From sequence record LC778249.1: a stretch of DNA of 64,000 nucleotides; one strand, given 5' to 3'. The notes beneath the pieces are model-generated. The model saw only the letters and a list, made by a program, of their open reading frames with translations, was not told the DNA's origin and did no database searches. Made by a program: the position numbers and the translations under genes. This document shows positions 15,885 through 26,752 of the stretch, piece by piece (the stretch's first letter is position 1; the number at the start of each line of letters is the position of its first letter).

Positions 15885-16059
15885 TCAGTTAAAATACTTT
15901 CGTTATCAACACCTACCGGAACATCTGCAACCATTCTCTAAGCCGTTTCATGACTTAGCCGAGAAGATGATTGCGGAATTACCGGACAACGAACAACGTA
16001 AGATCGGCTTACAAAAGCTAATCGAAGCGAAGGATTGTTTTGTTCGAGCTAAACTATAA
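15877..16059 (+). CDS. Small helical-hairpin protein, Acb2/Tad1-hairpin-like
   Basis: YFRYQHLP...LPDNEQRKIGLQKLIEAKDCFVRA pattern. Confidence 0.45.
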   Translation: MIDQLKYFRYQHLPEHLQPFSKPFHDLAEKMIAELPDNEQRKIGLQKLIEAKDCFVRAKL

Positions 16060-16138
16060 GGCACCTTCGGGTGCCTTTTTTATTGACATCGATTTTCAGC
16101 CTGCTATAGTGGTCACATAGAAACGAGAGGACTTAATC

Positions 16139-16393
16139 ATGTGCTATATTCAAGAAGTAATCGAAACTCGCGAGGCTGATGCGGAATTCAAATACATACT
16201 GCTGAGTCGTATGAAATCGGATTGTGAATACTTCCTTGGATTCGGCAATCGCTCCACTCGCGCTCTATGGGCGGGTAACGTAGTTGAACAGATCGAAGGC
16301 ATGAAAGCACTGTGGAACAGTTTTGATACTAAGCCAGAGTGGCTGACTATGGAACAAATCGAAGAGTACGAAACTAAAATGAAGGGTGAATAA
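16139..16393 (+). CDS. LPD11-like (large polyvalent protein domain 11) protein
   Basis: LLSRMKSDCEYFLG.G...LWAG...KPEWLTMEQIEEYE. Confidence 0.6.
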   Translation: MCYIQEVIETREADAEFKYILLSRMKSDCEYFLGFGNRSTRALWAGNVVEQIEGMKALWNSFDTKPEWLTMEQIEEYETKMKGE

Positions 16394-18318
16394 TGGACGC
16401 AAGAAAGAAAAAGCTTGTCAAGCAAATGGATGCGGAATACACCAAAGCGGTTGGCCTTAAACGGATAACCTACTGGTCGCAAATCATGAATCGTCGTATG
16501 CCACGAGCTTTCGAGATTGATCGACTCATGATGATCCTGAAAGGCTACTATGCCGATTTCAGTGAAACCGACGAAAGCTTTGTTCCAGTTGACATGCTTG
16601 AGTTTCTGAAAACAAACAAGCGTCCGTTTGGCAGTAAAGCAAAGTGGCAGTCCATCGCTTACAATCTGGGTTGGGACTACGGTCGTTGTCTGTGCTTCGA
16701 CATGCTAGATCTACCAGATTTTGTTGAAGCCGAAGCGATCTCACTGTATAATGCACTTATTGAAAAACTGGAGAATAAACGATGATTACAAAAGCGACTA
16801 ACTATCTCGTTGAGCTGCTAACCGAGAAAGGTTATGTGTTCCGAGTTGATGACATTATGCGCGGTGTCGGTGAACCGAAAAACATCTATCTAATCCATCG
16901 CAAAGATGAAGATTCCGATCTATGTGATGTTCGTTATTACGATCTGAGTGGAATCCACAATGGGAATTATCTGGGTAGGGTTCCGCTTCGATTCATGAAA
17001 GTTCTTGAAAGTGAAAATACAATCCTCGTTGATTATGCGGAACTTGATACCAAAGTTTATCCGTATGTTCATATTCGCGCAATCGCGTCAAGCTCTGGTG
17101 TAAAAGTCGAAACTACCAAAGTTGAAAATCGTCGAACGCTCGATATTACCATTTCTCATAGTTTGGTTGTTACCGTTGCTGCTGTAACTGTAGAAGCTGG
17201 TGAAGAATCAAAACACATACAAAAAGTGGTTGACATGGCAGCCAATGCATATTATGATCGCGTTTGTAAAGAGCTGGAACAAGAAACAAAAGATCGTCTC
17301 GCTGTTCTGAAAATTAAACTCAAAATGGACTAAGAAAATGTTTCTGAATGAACTACTTCCGGACAACGCTCGTAACGGTCTGCGCATTCAAGGTAAACCG
17401 AAAGCAATGAGCGACGCTGAATTCAAAAATGCTCGCCGTGTTATGATGAATCTGGTAAAACACCACGATGTTATCATGCGACTGATCGAGGATGCAGCGT
17501 TTGACTGTAAAGACGACAACGAAATGGCCGCACTCGGTCAGATTCATAAGGATCTGTCTCTGTAATGGAAGTTTTCGGATGGATTATTACCGTTCTGGTC
17601 TCGTTGTATCTGTCATTTGTTGTCGTAATGGGCTCATATGTCGAACACGGGTTTACCGGTAAAGTTGGCGGCGAAATGCTAATTCCATTAGCGGCCGCAA
17701 TCGCAGCATGGTATTTTGTTTTTACATCATGCCCGTTTGAATTGATAGTGAAATAAGGAAATGAAATGATTGATACTCGAATGAAAGTAGATGGCAAGTG
17801 GAATTTCAAAATGGACAACGTTTGGTTCCTGTTGCTGATGATCGTACTCGGTAGTTGGTGTGTTGCCGAAATCTCGGTAGCATATGACTACTATAAACAA
17901 TCCAATACCTGGGTAATCACCCCGCTGTTCCTGTTCACGGTAGCTTACATCATGATTGTGATTCAGCGTCGCGTGATTGATGTTGTTCATGCCAAATACA
18001 TCGAGCTTGAAAAGCGTGTTAAAGCTCTTGAGGGCGGGGAGTAATCCCCGTTTTTCTATGAACTGGAAATTTTGGCAAAAGAAACCAAAAACATACGACA
18101 TAAAGGTTGACATATCCAGATTTGATCAACTACAATGTCCCATACACGTTGAGACGATCAATATGCCTGTAAAAGCACATGACGTTTCGGAGCTTGACGC
18201 TGGTGTGATCAAAAATCATGCTATCGTTTCCAACTCAATGCAGAAAGAAGCAAATCGAATCAACAACGGTAAACAAACGTTTAGAATCGATGTAGAAATC
18301 TTAGGAGAAAGAAAGTGA
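16393..18318 (+). other. Array of hypothetical CDS (16393-16785, 16782-17333, 17338-17565, 17565-17756 and 17766-18044 membrane, ~18050-18318)
   Basis: Packed + strand ORFs with overlapping junctions. Confidence 0.6.
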
Positions 18319-18929
18319 TTCATTGCATTAAAGGATCTGCCGCATCCGGTAAGACTACCAAAGCTATCGAAATTGCGGTAGAACGAGCCAGAGAAGGCAA
18401 AAACGTTCTTTTCATCAACAACGAAGAAACCCAAGAAACTCTGGTAGCCAAAATCTTGGAGACAATCGGTGATGTTCCACTCGATGGTGGTGATATTACC
18501 GTTGTTGAGAGTGATAATTTCCGATTGACTGATATCCAATCCGAGATTCACAATTATCTCGGCCGTGAAATGTTTAACGTCATGGTTCTGGACGTTGTAG
18601 GAGTCGCTTGCCTCGATAAAGGCGTCGAGCCACTACAATCCTATCTGAAAAAGATGGAACACGTCCATTCGCTGGATATTGCGTTTACCATCGATGTTAT
18701 GCGCAAAGACGGCCAGGAAGCGATCAACGTAGTCGTCGATGAAGTGTGGAAAGATATTCCATTGGGTAATACTCAACAATCTCCGCTGCCGTTTGAAGGA
18801 CTGATGTCAATCGACGTTACTAACGCCAGCAAGTTCACTGACGATACCCCGCGCCATTTGTATCAGTCTTTGACTGGTGATTATGTCGGTAAGCTGTTGG
18901 GATTTGAGTTCTACGGATACGAAAAGTGA
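18315..18929 (+). CDS. P-loop NTPase-like protein
   Basis: GSAASGKTT Walker A, VLFINNEE, MVLDVV Walker B-like. Confidence 0.6.
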   Translation: MIHCIKGSAASGKTTKAIEIAVERAREGKNVLFINNEETQETLVAKILETIGDVPLDGGDITVVESDNFRLTDIQSEIHNYLGREMFNVMVLDVVGVACLDKGVEPLQSYLKKMEHVHSLDIAFTIDVMRKDGQEAINVVVDEVWKDIPLGNTQQSPLPFEGLMSIDVTNASKFTDDTPRHLYQSLTGDYVGKLLGFEFYGYEK

Positions 18930-21401
18930 TTCATAAAGGTTTATCGGATCCTATGATGAATCTGATAAATTACATGAGTTCCCCGTTAAAAGGCTATGTA
19001 TTTCTGGGATTTGTCCCATTAGGAAAAGACGAATATTGGGGAATCAAGAGCGGTGATCGAAAGTTCGCCGCTTGTCATTTATCGGATGAACAATCCAACT
19101 TTCCACGTTCTGACGATGAACAAAAAGAAAGAAAACTGATTGACAGTGGGAATCATGTTGTTTTATACTTAAAGGGTAATGACAACATCAGCTATTTGAA
19201 GCGTTTCCGCAGTAAGGATGCGGCAATCAAATGGTTCTACAAAACAGAGGAGTTTACCCCTGATAATTTTGCTTGTTGGGTAAACAGTTGAGGCGCAAAT
19301 GATAGTTGAAAATTTTCGACCAGTAGATTATCTTTGTAAAGTTGGTGAAGTAACTCGCGACTATGCAGAGGTAACGAAAGAAGTCTATGAAAAAGTAAAG
19401 GCGATGGCGAAAGATCACGACATTACTTGTCTGTGTTCGCCTCCCATTGAGTATCTTTACAGTCACGATATGAAAGATCCTGATTGTGAGATTCTTGGTA
19501 AAGCGTTTCTGTATCAATCAGAACGACGCCCGCCAATGGAAAACGAGCCGAATAAGTATCTGATTATGCAAGATCAACCGAAACCTTACAAACTCGTTAC
19601 CGTTATGAATAAAGGACTCACACGCGAACAACGCGCCGAGTATAAAGAACGTGTAAATTCTGGTTATTACAAATTGGAGAATCTGAAAAATGTTTTATCG
19701 TGAAGGCAATATTAAGGACATACCGGTTGAACTAATCGAGATCAACAACTTCGATAAACCTTACGAACTGCCGGATCAAGATCTGACGTTCAAAAACTTC
19801 CGTCGTTATGCTCCGATTGGTGGGTCTGGTTACGCGCCGCTGTATATCGCTGAAAGCAATTGCGGTAAAGTGAAACTGACCATGAAACTGCGCGGTATGT
19901 CTGACGTTGAAGCTACCATGATTTATGATGATGGTCGTTATAGTATCCACACCAACAATGTCAAGCGTCTCGGTTTCACTACCAAGCACAACTCTAACGG
20001 TCTGTTTGTTGAGAAAAACGCATATCGTATCGGTGTTGGTGCTCCTCTGCAAGTCGGAGATCAAGTGAATAACCGAAACGGTGTTTGTGAAGTTCTGTTG
20101 ATCACCGATGATAGCGTGATTCTGAAAGACGACAAGAACAAAACCATTCTTGTTCGTAAGAACGACAAGGGTGCAATGAACGCGCACAGCTTCGACTGGC
20201 TGGAAGAATAACAAGAGGGCTTCGGCCCTCTTTGGAGCAACTATGCATTTTGAAACTAAGCACTATCTAAAACATCCAGTTTTGGTAAATCGATTCGCTT
20301 ACATTCTGCGGGTGTTGAACGACTTCTACGGAAAGAACAAGTCTGCCAAAATTCGCGAAACCGAAGGGTTCAAGCAGTTCAAGCGAGATACTTATTGGCT
20401 ATTCACTAAGCTATGTCCAGAACTCACGCAAACACAAGAGTCCGGTATGGTAGAAGAGTTCAGTTATGAAGGGTCCCAACTTTCAATGAAAATTTTCGTG
20501 AAAATAATTCCGAAAAACGAGTTGACATCAAAAACTGACCTGTTAGTATAGCCTCATCAAACGAACTGAGGAACAAATCATGAAAACTACTGCCGAACTG
20601 AAAGCAATGCGAGCTAAACGTGGATTCAAAGACGAAAAAGACGTTTTGATCGAGTCTCACGCTTTCGCACAACGCGCACTGGCACAAGCAGTAATCATGG
20701 AACATGCTGAAAACATGGATTTGTTCCGCAGCAAGATCAAAGTATACGAAGACCGTATTCAACAAATCACTCTGTAAGGATAAATTATGTACTACAATGT
20801 AAGTCAAATCAAACTGCCTCGTGTTAGCGAAGAATATCAACGTCTGGTCGACATGCGCCCTGGTGATACACTGCCGATCGGCGATAAGTCTTATGTTCTG
20901 CTGAATATCGAGCGCAACGGTACCGCAGTTGAGCCCGTTTACAATCTGGAAACCAGCGATCTTCGCGCTTCCATGCGAATCGTAAATGGTCGCGTACTGA
21001 TCACGACTGTAAATAAAGTTACTTTCGAGATCAAAAACGATAGCATCGAAGCTGGTCAACTGGGCTGGGTCAAGCGTGGTGGTTTCTATTCCTATCGTCG
21101 TCGCGTTGTGCTGGAAGAAGGTTACATTCGTGGTCGTCCGCTGCTGGATGGTGATATCTTCGAGATCCACAAAAACAGCGGTCGATTTGGTAACGTTGTC
21201 GCCACTAGCGGCGATCCTGACGAAACCAAGCGTGAATTCATCCTGGTCAGCTTCAACAGCCCGCGTGATGGAAAGCCGTTCGTTGAGACTATGTTCCACA
21301 GTGTAAAAACTGAACAGAACAACTATCAACTCCAGAAAGTTTGTGGTGATATCGTGTATGTGAACAACTACATGGAACAAAATCTGAAACATATCGCTTG
21401 A
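18926..21401 (+). other. Hypothetical CDS (18926-19291, 19299-19703, 19690-20211, 20243-20551, 20580-20777, 20787-21401)
   Basis: + strand ORFs with RBS; terminator 20213-20233. Confidence 0.6.
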
Positions 21402-21462
21402 CATAAAAGTGATATATAGTAAACTAAAGCCACTCAATGAGTGGCTTTTTTATTGGAGAAAT

Positions 21463-22362
21463 ATGAACTTTATCTTAAATCTTATGATGATTCAATCATC
21501 TAGTGCAGCAATCATAGGTGATTGTGTTGGTAGCTTCAACGAGTTCAATACCGGCAAGAAGATTCGCCGAATTAACATCGAGACGCTGAAAGCAGAGAAA
21601 AACAGCTTTGATCACGATTACGGTTACTTTACCGATGATACGACTTGCGCACTAATCACGATGAACAATTATCAGGATGGCAAATTCGACATCGCTGGAA
21701 TTAAGCGTGATATCCGTCGCTGGGTCAATCGTGGTGCGTTTTCGTCAACTGGTGAATGCTTCGATATTGGTACTAGCACATACAACGCTATAATGCGGGA
21801 CAAGCCAATCACAGACGCGAGCAAAGGTTGCGGTAATGGTGCACTTATGCGATTCTATCCTGTTGCGTTTGCGACGTATGGGAAAAGCAAAGAAGAGATC
21901 GAAAGTGTTGTGCGAGAACTGACCGAGATTACGCATCCTATCGAGTTCGTCGTGGAGTATTCTCTGCTGTATGTTCGTATCATGCATCGAATCATCGACG
22001 GAGCGAGCAAGGAACAGCTCCAGAATGAGTTTGGCTTGTTCTTTGATAATGCAGACTGCAAGCCTACGGGGTATGTCAAGGATTCGCTCACCATCGCTTG
22101 GAGAACGTTTATGCTCTTTGATAAGAAGCAGAACGGGATCTTTTACATAGCGAATCTCGGCTATGATAGCGATACCGTTGCGAGTATCTATGGCTCAATG
22201 ATTGGTGCTTATTCAGTGTTACACCATAGCGGCGATTTTGATCCTTGGCTTCATGAGAACATCAAGCGACCAGATCTGATCAATAGCATATCGGATAAGT
22301 TCATGGAACAGGTACTCGGTATAAATAATGAACAATCTAGCGAATCGAAGATAGCGCCGTAG
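21463..22362 (+). CDS. ADP-ribosylglycohydrolase (ARH/DraG family)
   Basis: GDCVGS.NEF, YFTDDT, GNGALMR, GYDSDTVASIYGSMIGA. Confidence 0.92.
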   Translation: MNFILNLMMIQSSSAAIIGDCVGSFNEFNTGKKIRRINIETLKAEKNSFDHDYGYFTDDTTCALITMNNYQDGKFDIAGIKRDIRRWVNRGAFSSTGECFDIGTSTYNAIMRDKPITDASKGCGNGALMRFYPVAFATYGKSKEEIESVVRELTEITHPIEFVVEYSLLYVRIMHRIIDGASKEQLQNEFGLFFDNADCKPTGYVKDSLTIAWRTFMLFDKKQNGIFYIANLGYDSDTVASIYGSMIGAYSVLHHSGDFDPWLHENIKRPDLINSISDKFMEQVLGINNEQSSESKIAP

Positions 22363-22461
22363 GCGCTAACTCATTGATATCTAACGAAAAGACAAAGTAG
22401 ATTCTCATTAAAGTATTATAAGAGATTTTATTTTGTCTTTCTAGCTCGCTTCGCTCGCGGT
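22343..22461 (+). repeat. ~120-bp dispersed repeat, copy 1
   Basis: Near-identical to 62002-62121; GAAAAGACAAA/TTTGTCTTTC inverted repeat and GCTCGCTTCGCTCGC. Confidence 0.9.
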
Positions 22462-22466
22462 GTTCC

Positions 22467-22474
22467 ACTAAATA
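22467..22474 (+). promoter_or_regulatory. T4-like late promoter variant ACTAAATA
   Basis: Same octamer intergenic at 113, 476, 2439, 2897 and 51972; resembles T4 TATAAATA. Confidence 0.6.
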
Positions 22475-22505
22475 ATCGTATATCAGTTCACTAATGAGGA
22501 ACAAA

Positions 22506-25500
22506 ATGTTAACAACTAAACAATTATTCGAAAGTCAAAACGATCATGCGTATAATCGTTTTCTGACTGAAAATACTTTATACGACAAAGATACCAAAGT
22601 TACATTCGTTAATGATGAAACTTCTATCATTAATGCATTTGCATTTAACTTCCTTGGTATCCTGGGTAGCTTCAATGCTGCTAGACAGATCAACGATCAG
22701 ACCACTATCAAATTCATCCAGCGTTATTTCAAGACTGATGCCCAGTTGAGAATCAGTAACATCGATGACCGAAATCACAATATTTCACTGATCGTTAAGC
22801 TGATGCATGATAAAGATATGTTTATCAACTCTGCCAAGGTAAACGAAATGACCCGTTTCCTTGTTCTGTGTAAATCAGGCGTGGTTAATACAGTTGATGA
22901 CGATATTGTCCGTGCCTGGGTTGCGAACATCAAAAACAGCGCAATCATGAAAGCAGATCCAAAACTGCGTGACGTTCTACTAAAATTCAAAAACAGTGCA
23001 ATTTCCATGATTGATGCGTCAAAGGAAATGCGCCGTCAACGCAACAAACATACCGAGATCTCTACAGATTATTGGGATGTCAGTCGCCGCATTCGATTCA
23101 AGAATATGGACACTGTTACTACCGGTACTGGTGCTGGTGACTCACAGGATAACGATACCGCGATTCCACAAACTACAACTGGTGATGATACCAACGCTGT
23201 TACCGACGTTGTTGGTGATGCTCCTGTTGCGCCAGAGTCCGTTGCTGAGCCTGTCAAGCCCGGTTATCTGACTTATGATCACGAAGGTGGTTTTGCTGAT
23301 GCTGTATTGTCTATCGTTGGTCAGCATATTGCGGAGAATAAATCCGGTATTTCTGGAATGAATACGCTTGACCCGAACACATATACTTCCGGGTCCGACT
23401 TCTGGCCAACCGGATTCGAATTCGAATTGGTAGACCCAGCACAGGAAGAAATGTTTATCCGGTATCGCGAACGCTTCACCGACGTTATCACAAAACTAGC
23501 TGGATACGGTCGTCAATTTAAGTTGCATTCAAGCTCAATTGACAATATCAGTTTCGACGTAACCAATTACAAGATGAACGAGGACACATTCTTCATTAAG
23601 AATCGTTCCGATTTCATTAATCTGTATAAGCGTTATGGCGTATACGGAGAGAATAATCCGTTTACTGGCGCAATTGAACTATATACCGTCCTATATGCTA
23701 TCGCTGGTAGCAAAGTAGATAACAAATCCTGGTTGTTTGGCTTTAGTGCCGATGATATCATGTATGAGTTGTTCGGATCGGCACTTGGTAGCAAAATGGA
23801 AGCGTTGTCTTTTGGCATGACAACTGACATGGTTATCACACTAGCGATTAGACTGGACAACGCACCAGACGAGCGCCGAATTGCAATGGTAGACGGATTG
23901 GAAGTTACTTTTATTTCCGCCACAACTTCTCTGATGTCTCAGCAAGGTGTGGATATGAAGTTAAATCCTCTGTTTGGCTCCGAATCGGACGTGTTTATTG
24001 GAACAAAAGCCATTACTACTATGGTGAATATCTTCAATAAAGAATGTGCGAGCATTTATCCGACGATCCCTAGTCTACCGACATGGGGAGCTGGAACAAA
24101 GCCGGTTCATCAATATATGAATATGATCCGTTATATGGCACGTGATTATATCACCAACGCCAATTTCAGTTTCATCGAAGAATATTGGACCAAGAAGAAT
24201 TATCTTGAGGATAAAGAATTCGTTTACGAAGTTAAACAAGTTATGAATTCTAGTCCGGCGCAGATGGTTTATACTCCATTGCGTATTCTGCCTTCTATTG
24301 CGATTGCTACCCTTGCTAAAGCAATGATTCGCTATGCTAAGTTGGTTGGTGATAATTTGCCGATTGAAGCTCTGAAACGTTCAATGGAAAAGTTCCCGGA
24401 AGTTGCAAATGAAGTTCGAGACATGATTATTCAGAAGATCGATAATCCTGCCGAAGTTTATCAGGCAATGCAGCTTATGCCAGCTTATCTTGAATCCGCA
24501 ACCGGAAATGAATTGAAGAATCGCATTTCTTATTTGCTGACTAACATCAAGACTAAAGACGGACTGAGACGATTTGTTAGTCGTTCTGGACAATGCGATC
24601 CACACGTTAGAGTTCCGCTGTTGCTGATGTCTTATGCTAAGTTGGGCAATGATATGGAATCCAGTTATATTGGTGATTTCGCTTATGATTTCGTCAACAA
24701 GATTGATTTTGACGATGAATCCGCGGCTGAGTTTATGCGTCTTGAAGTTGCACACGGCTTTAAGTTCATGAACAAAGAAAATCTGATGGGCATTCGTCGT
24801 CGTGATGATAAAGCGAAAGCACAGCAAACATTGGTTGATATCATGTTTAACGGTATGAAAGCTAATCCAGCGGTTGCCAATGCTTTCTATGAAAACATGG
24901 ACGACTATTACAAGGGTAAAGTTCGGACTACTTTGACTGGTATTAACTTCATTTACAAGCAAGTTCACGGCGGTCCAATCAACATGTTTGATACGCCAAA
25001 TATGGCTCGCGTTAAAAAGATGTTTGAGTTTAACGAGATTGATCCAGATGAACTGGTTAAATCGGCAAAAATACGCGCCAAGAAAGGCGAAACGTTCAGT
25101 GATTATATCGCTCGCGTTGAAGCCGCTGCGGATACAACCGTTGTTGTTCCTCCTCCTGCTGTTGTCGATGATAACATCACTGATGAACAGAAATATTTGA
25201 TTGGCAAGCATCTGGTTGATAATTATTACGCTGGTAAACACGGTAACACTTATCCGTTGATTCATAAATCATTTACTGTTAATATGACTTATCCAGAGTA
25301 TAACGAGTTCTTGAAGCAACAAGAAGCGGAAGGAAAACTGGAGCAAATTGTGCCATGTTTCCACGGAACAGGCGGTATTGCTGCTAACATGGTTCTTCGC
25401 TATGGATTCAAGATTATTCCAAGTAAGGATAAATCTGTTGTTGGTCGTATGCTTGGTGATGGATTGTATTTCAGTAACAAGATTGACAAGATCCTACAAT

Positions 25501-26057
25501 ACGTGAGTAACGAAGGTTATGGCCGTCATTCTGGCACACGTGGCTATGTATTCGAAATGGAATCTATTCTTGGCGAGCGTCGTAAGGACTATCGTTCTGC
25601 TGGTGTTCCGAACCCAACTGATCATCACGGCGTTAGATCTCCGGAATGGGCGGTGTTCGATCCTAAGAAACAAATCAAGGTGCTGAAATGCTATGAGGTT
25701 GAGCTTAACACGTTCAGCAAGTACAAAGAGCATCAATCAAAAATGAAAGGTAGTCTGGTTGAAAGTAACCGGATGAAGTTTGGAGAAATGCTGACAGAAG
25801 CAAAACGCGCAAGCGTCAAAGACTACGCGATTTATACTTTCTATGACGGTATGATCCCGATGCGTAAAAACGGTGTGATTGAGTATGTTGATCCAAAAGA
25901 GTTCAATCCAGCAACTGGCGTTGAGCTTGAATACGGCGACGATTCACACGTTACCGTTTACGTGCCGGCTACTCGTACCGAGTACAATCGGTATTCTATG
26001 TGTAAGAAAATCAAGGGTAAGGACTTGGAGAAATTCTTGTCCATCGCTTGTAAGTAA
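22506..26057 (+). CDS. Large, probably virion-packaged ADP-ribosyltransferase with PARP-type (H-Y-E) domain
   Basis: FHGT...GRMLGDGLYF...LQY...SPEW at ~25350-25650; late promoter upstream; L-x-E sites (QLFES, SLVES, MLTEA); upstream in-frame ATG at 22494. Confidence 0.8.
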   Translation: MLTTKQLFESQNDHAYNRFLTENTLYDKDTKVTFVNDETSIINAFAFNFLGILGSFNAARQINDQTTIKFIQRYFKTDAQLRISNIDDRNHNISLIVKLMHDKDMFINSAKVNEMTRFLVLCKSGVVNTVDDDIVRAWVANIKNSAIMKADPKLRDVLLKFKNSAISMIDASKEMRRQRNKHTEISTDYWDVSRRIRFKNMDTVTTGTGAGDSQDNDTAIPQTTTGDDTNAVTDVVGDAPVAPESVAEPVKPGYLTYDHEGGFADAVLSIVGQHIAENKSGISGMNTLDPNTYTSGSDFWPTGFEFELVDPAQEEMFIRYRERFTDVITKLAGYGRQFKLHSSSIDNISFDVTNYKMNEDTFFIKNRSDFINLYKRYGVYGENNPFTGAIELYTVLYAIAGSKVDNKSWLFGFSADDIMYELFGSALGSKMEALSFGMTTDMVITLAIRLDNAPDERRIAMVDGLEVTFISATTSLMSQQGVDMKLNPLFGSESDVFIGTKAITTMVNIFNKECASIYPTIPSLPTWGAGTKPVHQYMNMIRYMARDYITNANFSFIEEYWTKKNYLEDKEFVYEVKQVMNSSPAQMVYTPLRILPSIAIATLAKAMIRYAKLVGDNLPIEALKRSMEKFPEVANEVRDMIIQKIDNPAEVYQAMQLMPAYLESATGNELKNRISYLLTNIKTKDGLRRFVSRSGQCDPHVRVPLLLMSYAKLGNDMESSYIGDFAYDFVNKIDFDDESAAEFMRLEVAHGFKFMNKENLMGIRRRDDKAKAQQTLVDIMFNGMKANPAVANAFYENMDDYYKGKVRTTLTGINFIYKQVHGGPINMFDTPNMARVKKMFEFNEIDPDELVKSAKIRAKKGETFSDYIARVEAAADTTVVVPPPAVVDDNITDEQKYLIGKHLVDNYYAGKHGNTYPLIHKSFTVNMTYPEYNEFLKQQEAEGKLEQIVPCFHGTGGIAANMVLRYGFKIIPSKDKSVVGRMLGDGLYFSNKIDKILQYVSNEGYGRHSGTRGYVFEMESILGERRKDYRSAGVPNPTDHHGVRSPEWAVFDPKKQIKVLKCYEVELNTFSKYKEHQSKMKGSLVESNRMKFGEMLTEAKRASVKDYAIYTFYDGMIPMRKNGVIEYVDPKEFNPATGVELEYGDDSHVTVYVPATRTEYNRYSMCKKIKGKDLEKFLSIACK

Positions 26058-26145
26058 TAAAAGGCACCTTCGGGTGCCTTTTTTGTTGACAACGCATTTC
26101 AACCTGATAATATGTCCACATCGAAACAAACAAGAGAACTACATC

Positions 26146-26436
26146 ATGAACATGGAAATCCAAGCTAAGTTTGACGAACTCGCAAAACAATTCAACGTAA
26201 ACGCCGAAGCTGTCAAGCGTATGACTGACGGTGTTCTGAGTCGCATTGAATACTTCGGCAAAGAGCGTTTCGTTGCCCTGAGTTCAGAAGAACAGCGTGC
26301 CGTTTTGCATGAAGCCGTGATTCACTGGTTCAACGCTCAACAAAAGTTGACCAATGACTATCTGATGAATCGCAATGGTTGTCGTGATCGTCTGCAAAAA
26401 GAAGTTTGGAACGAAATCAAAAAATCTCAAAAATAA
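26146..26436 (+). CDS. Hypothetical early protein
   Basis: After terminator 26061 and promoter TTGACA 26086. Confidence 0.7.
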   Translation: MNMEIQAKFDELAKQFNVNAEAVKRMTDGVLSRIEYFGKERFVALSSEEQRAVLHEAVIHWFNAQQKLTNDYLMNRNGCRDRLQKEVWNEIKKSQK

Positions 26437-26439
26437 TGC

Positions 26440-26474
26440 TTGACTCAAGGTGTGGACATGATAATATGTCCACA
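26440..26474 (+). promoter_or_regulatory. Early stem-loop promoter (PeSL-like)
   Basis: TTGACT-N16-TAATAT with extended TG; TGTGGACAT/ATGTCCACA inverted repeat. Confidence 0.85.
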
Positions 26475-26514
26475 TCGAAACAAAACAACTTCTAACGAAA
26501 CTGAGGAATACATC

Positions 26515-26742
26515 ATGAACAACGTCGAAATCAAAGCCTACTTCGCTGTAACTGCTGCAAAAAAGACCAAAGCCCAAGTCGCCCGTGAACTGAACGTTTC
26601 TCCGCGTACTATCGGTCGCTGGATTGACAAGACTGTTGACATGGTGCGTGAGCAAGTTTCCGCGAAGCTGGAAGCACAGTTCGCTGGCAAAGTTCAGCGT
26701 CGTAAAGTCTACGTTTACAACAACCCGAAGAAAGCTGCCTGA
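26515..26742 (+). CDS. Small HTH DNA-binding protein
   Basis: TKAQVARELNVSPRTIGRW helix-turn-helix. Confidence 0.75.
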   Translation: MNNVEIKAYFAVTAAKKTKAQVARELNVSPRTIGRWIDKTVDMVREQVSAKLEAQFAGKVQRRKVYVYNNPKKAA

Positions 26743-26752
26743 GGAGTTGAAC

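Noticed and set aside
22506-26057. Calling the large ART T4 alt/modA/modB
   Set aside because: Catalytic signature is H-Y-E rather than R-S-E; no gene symbol given.
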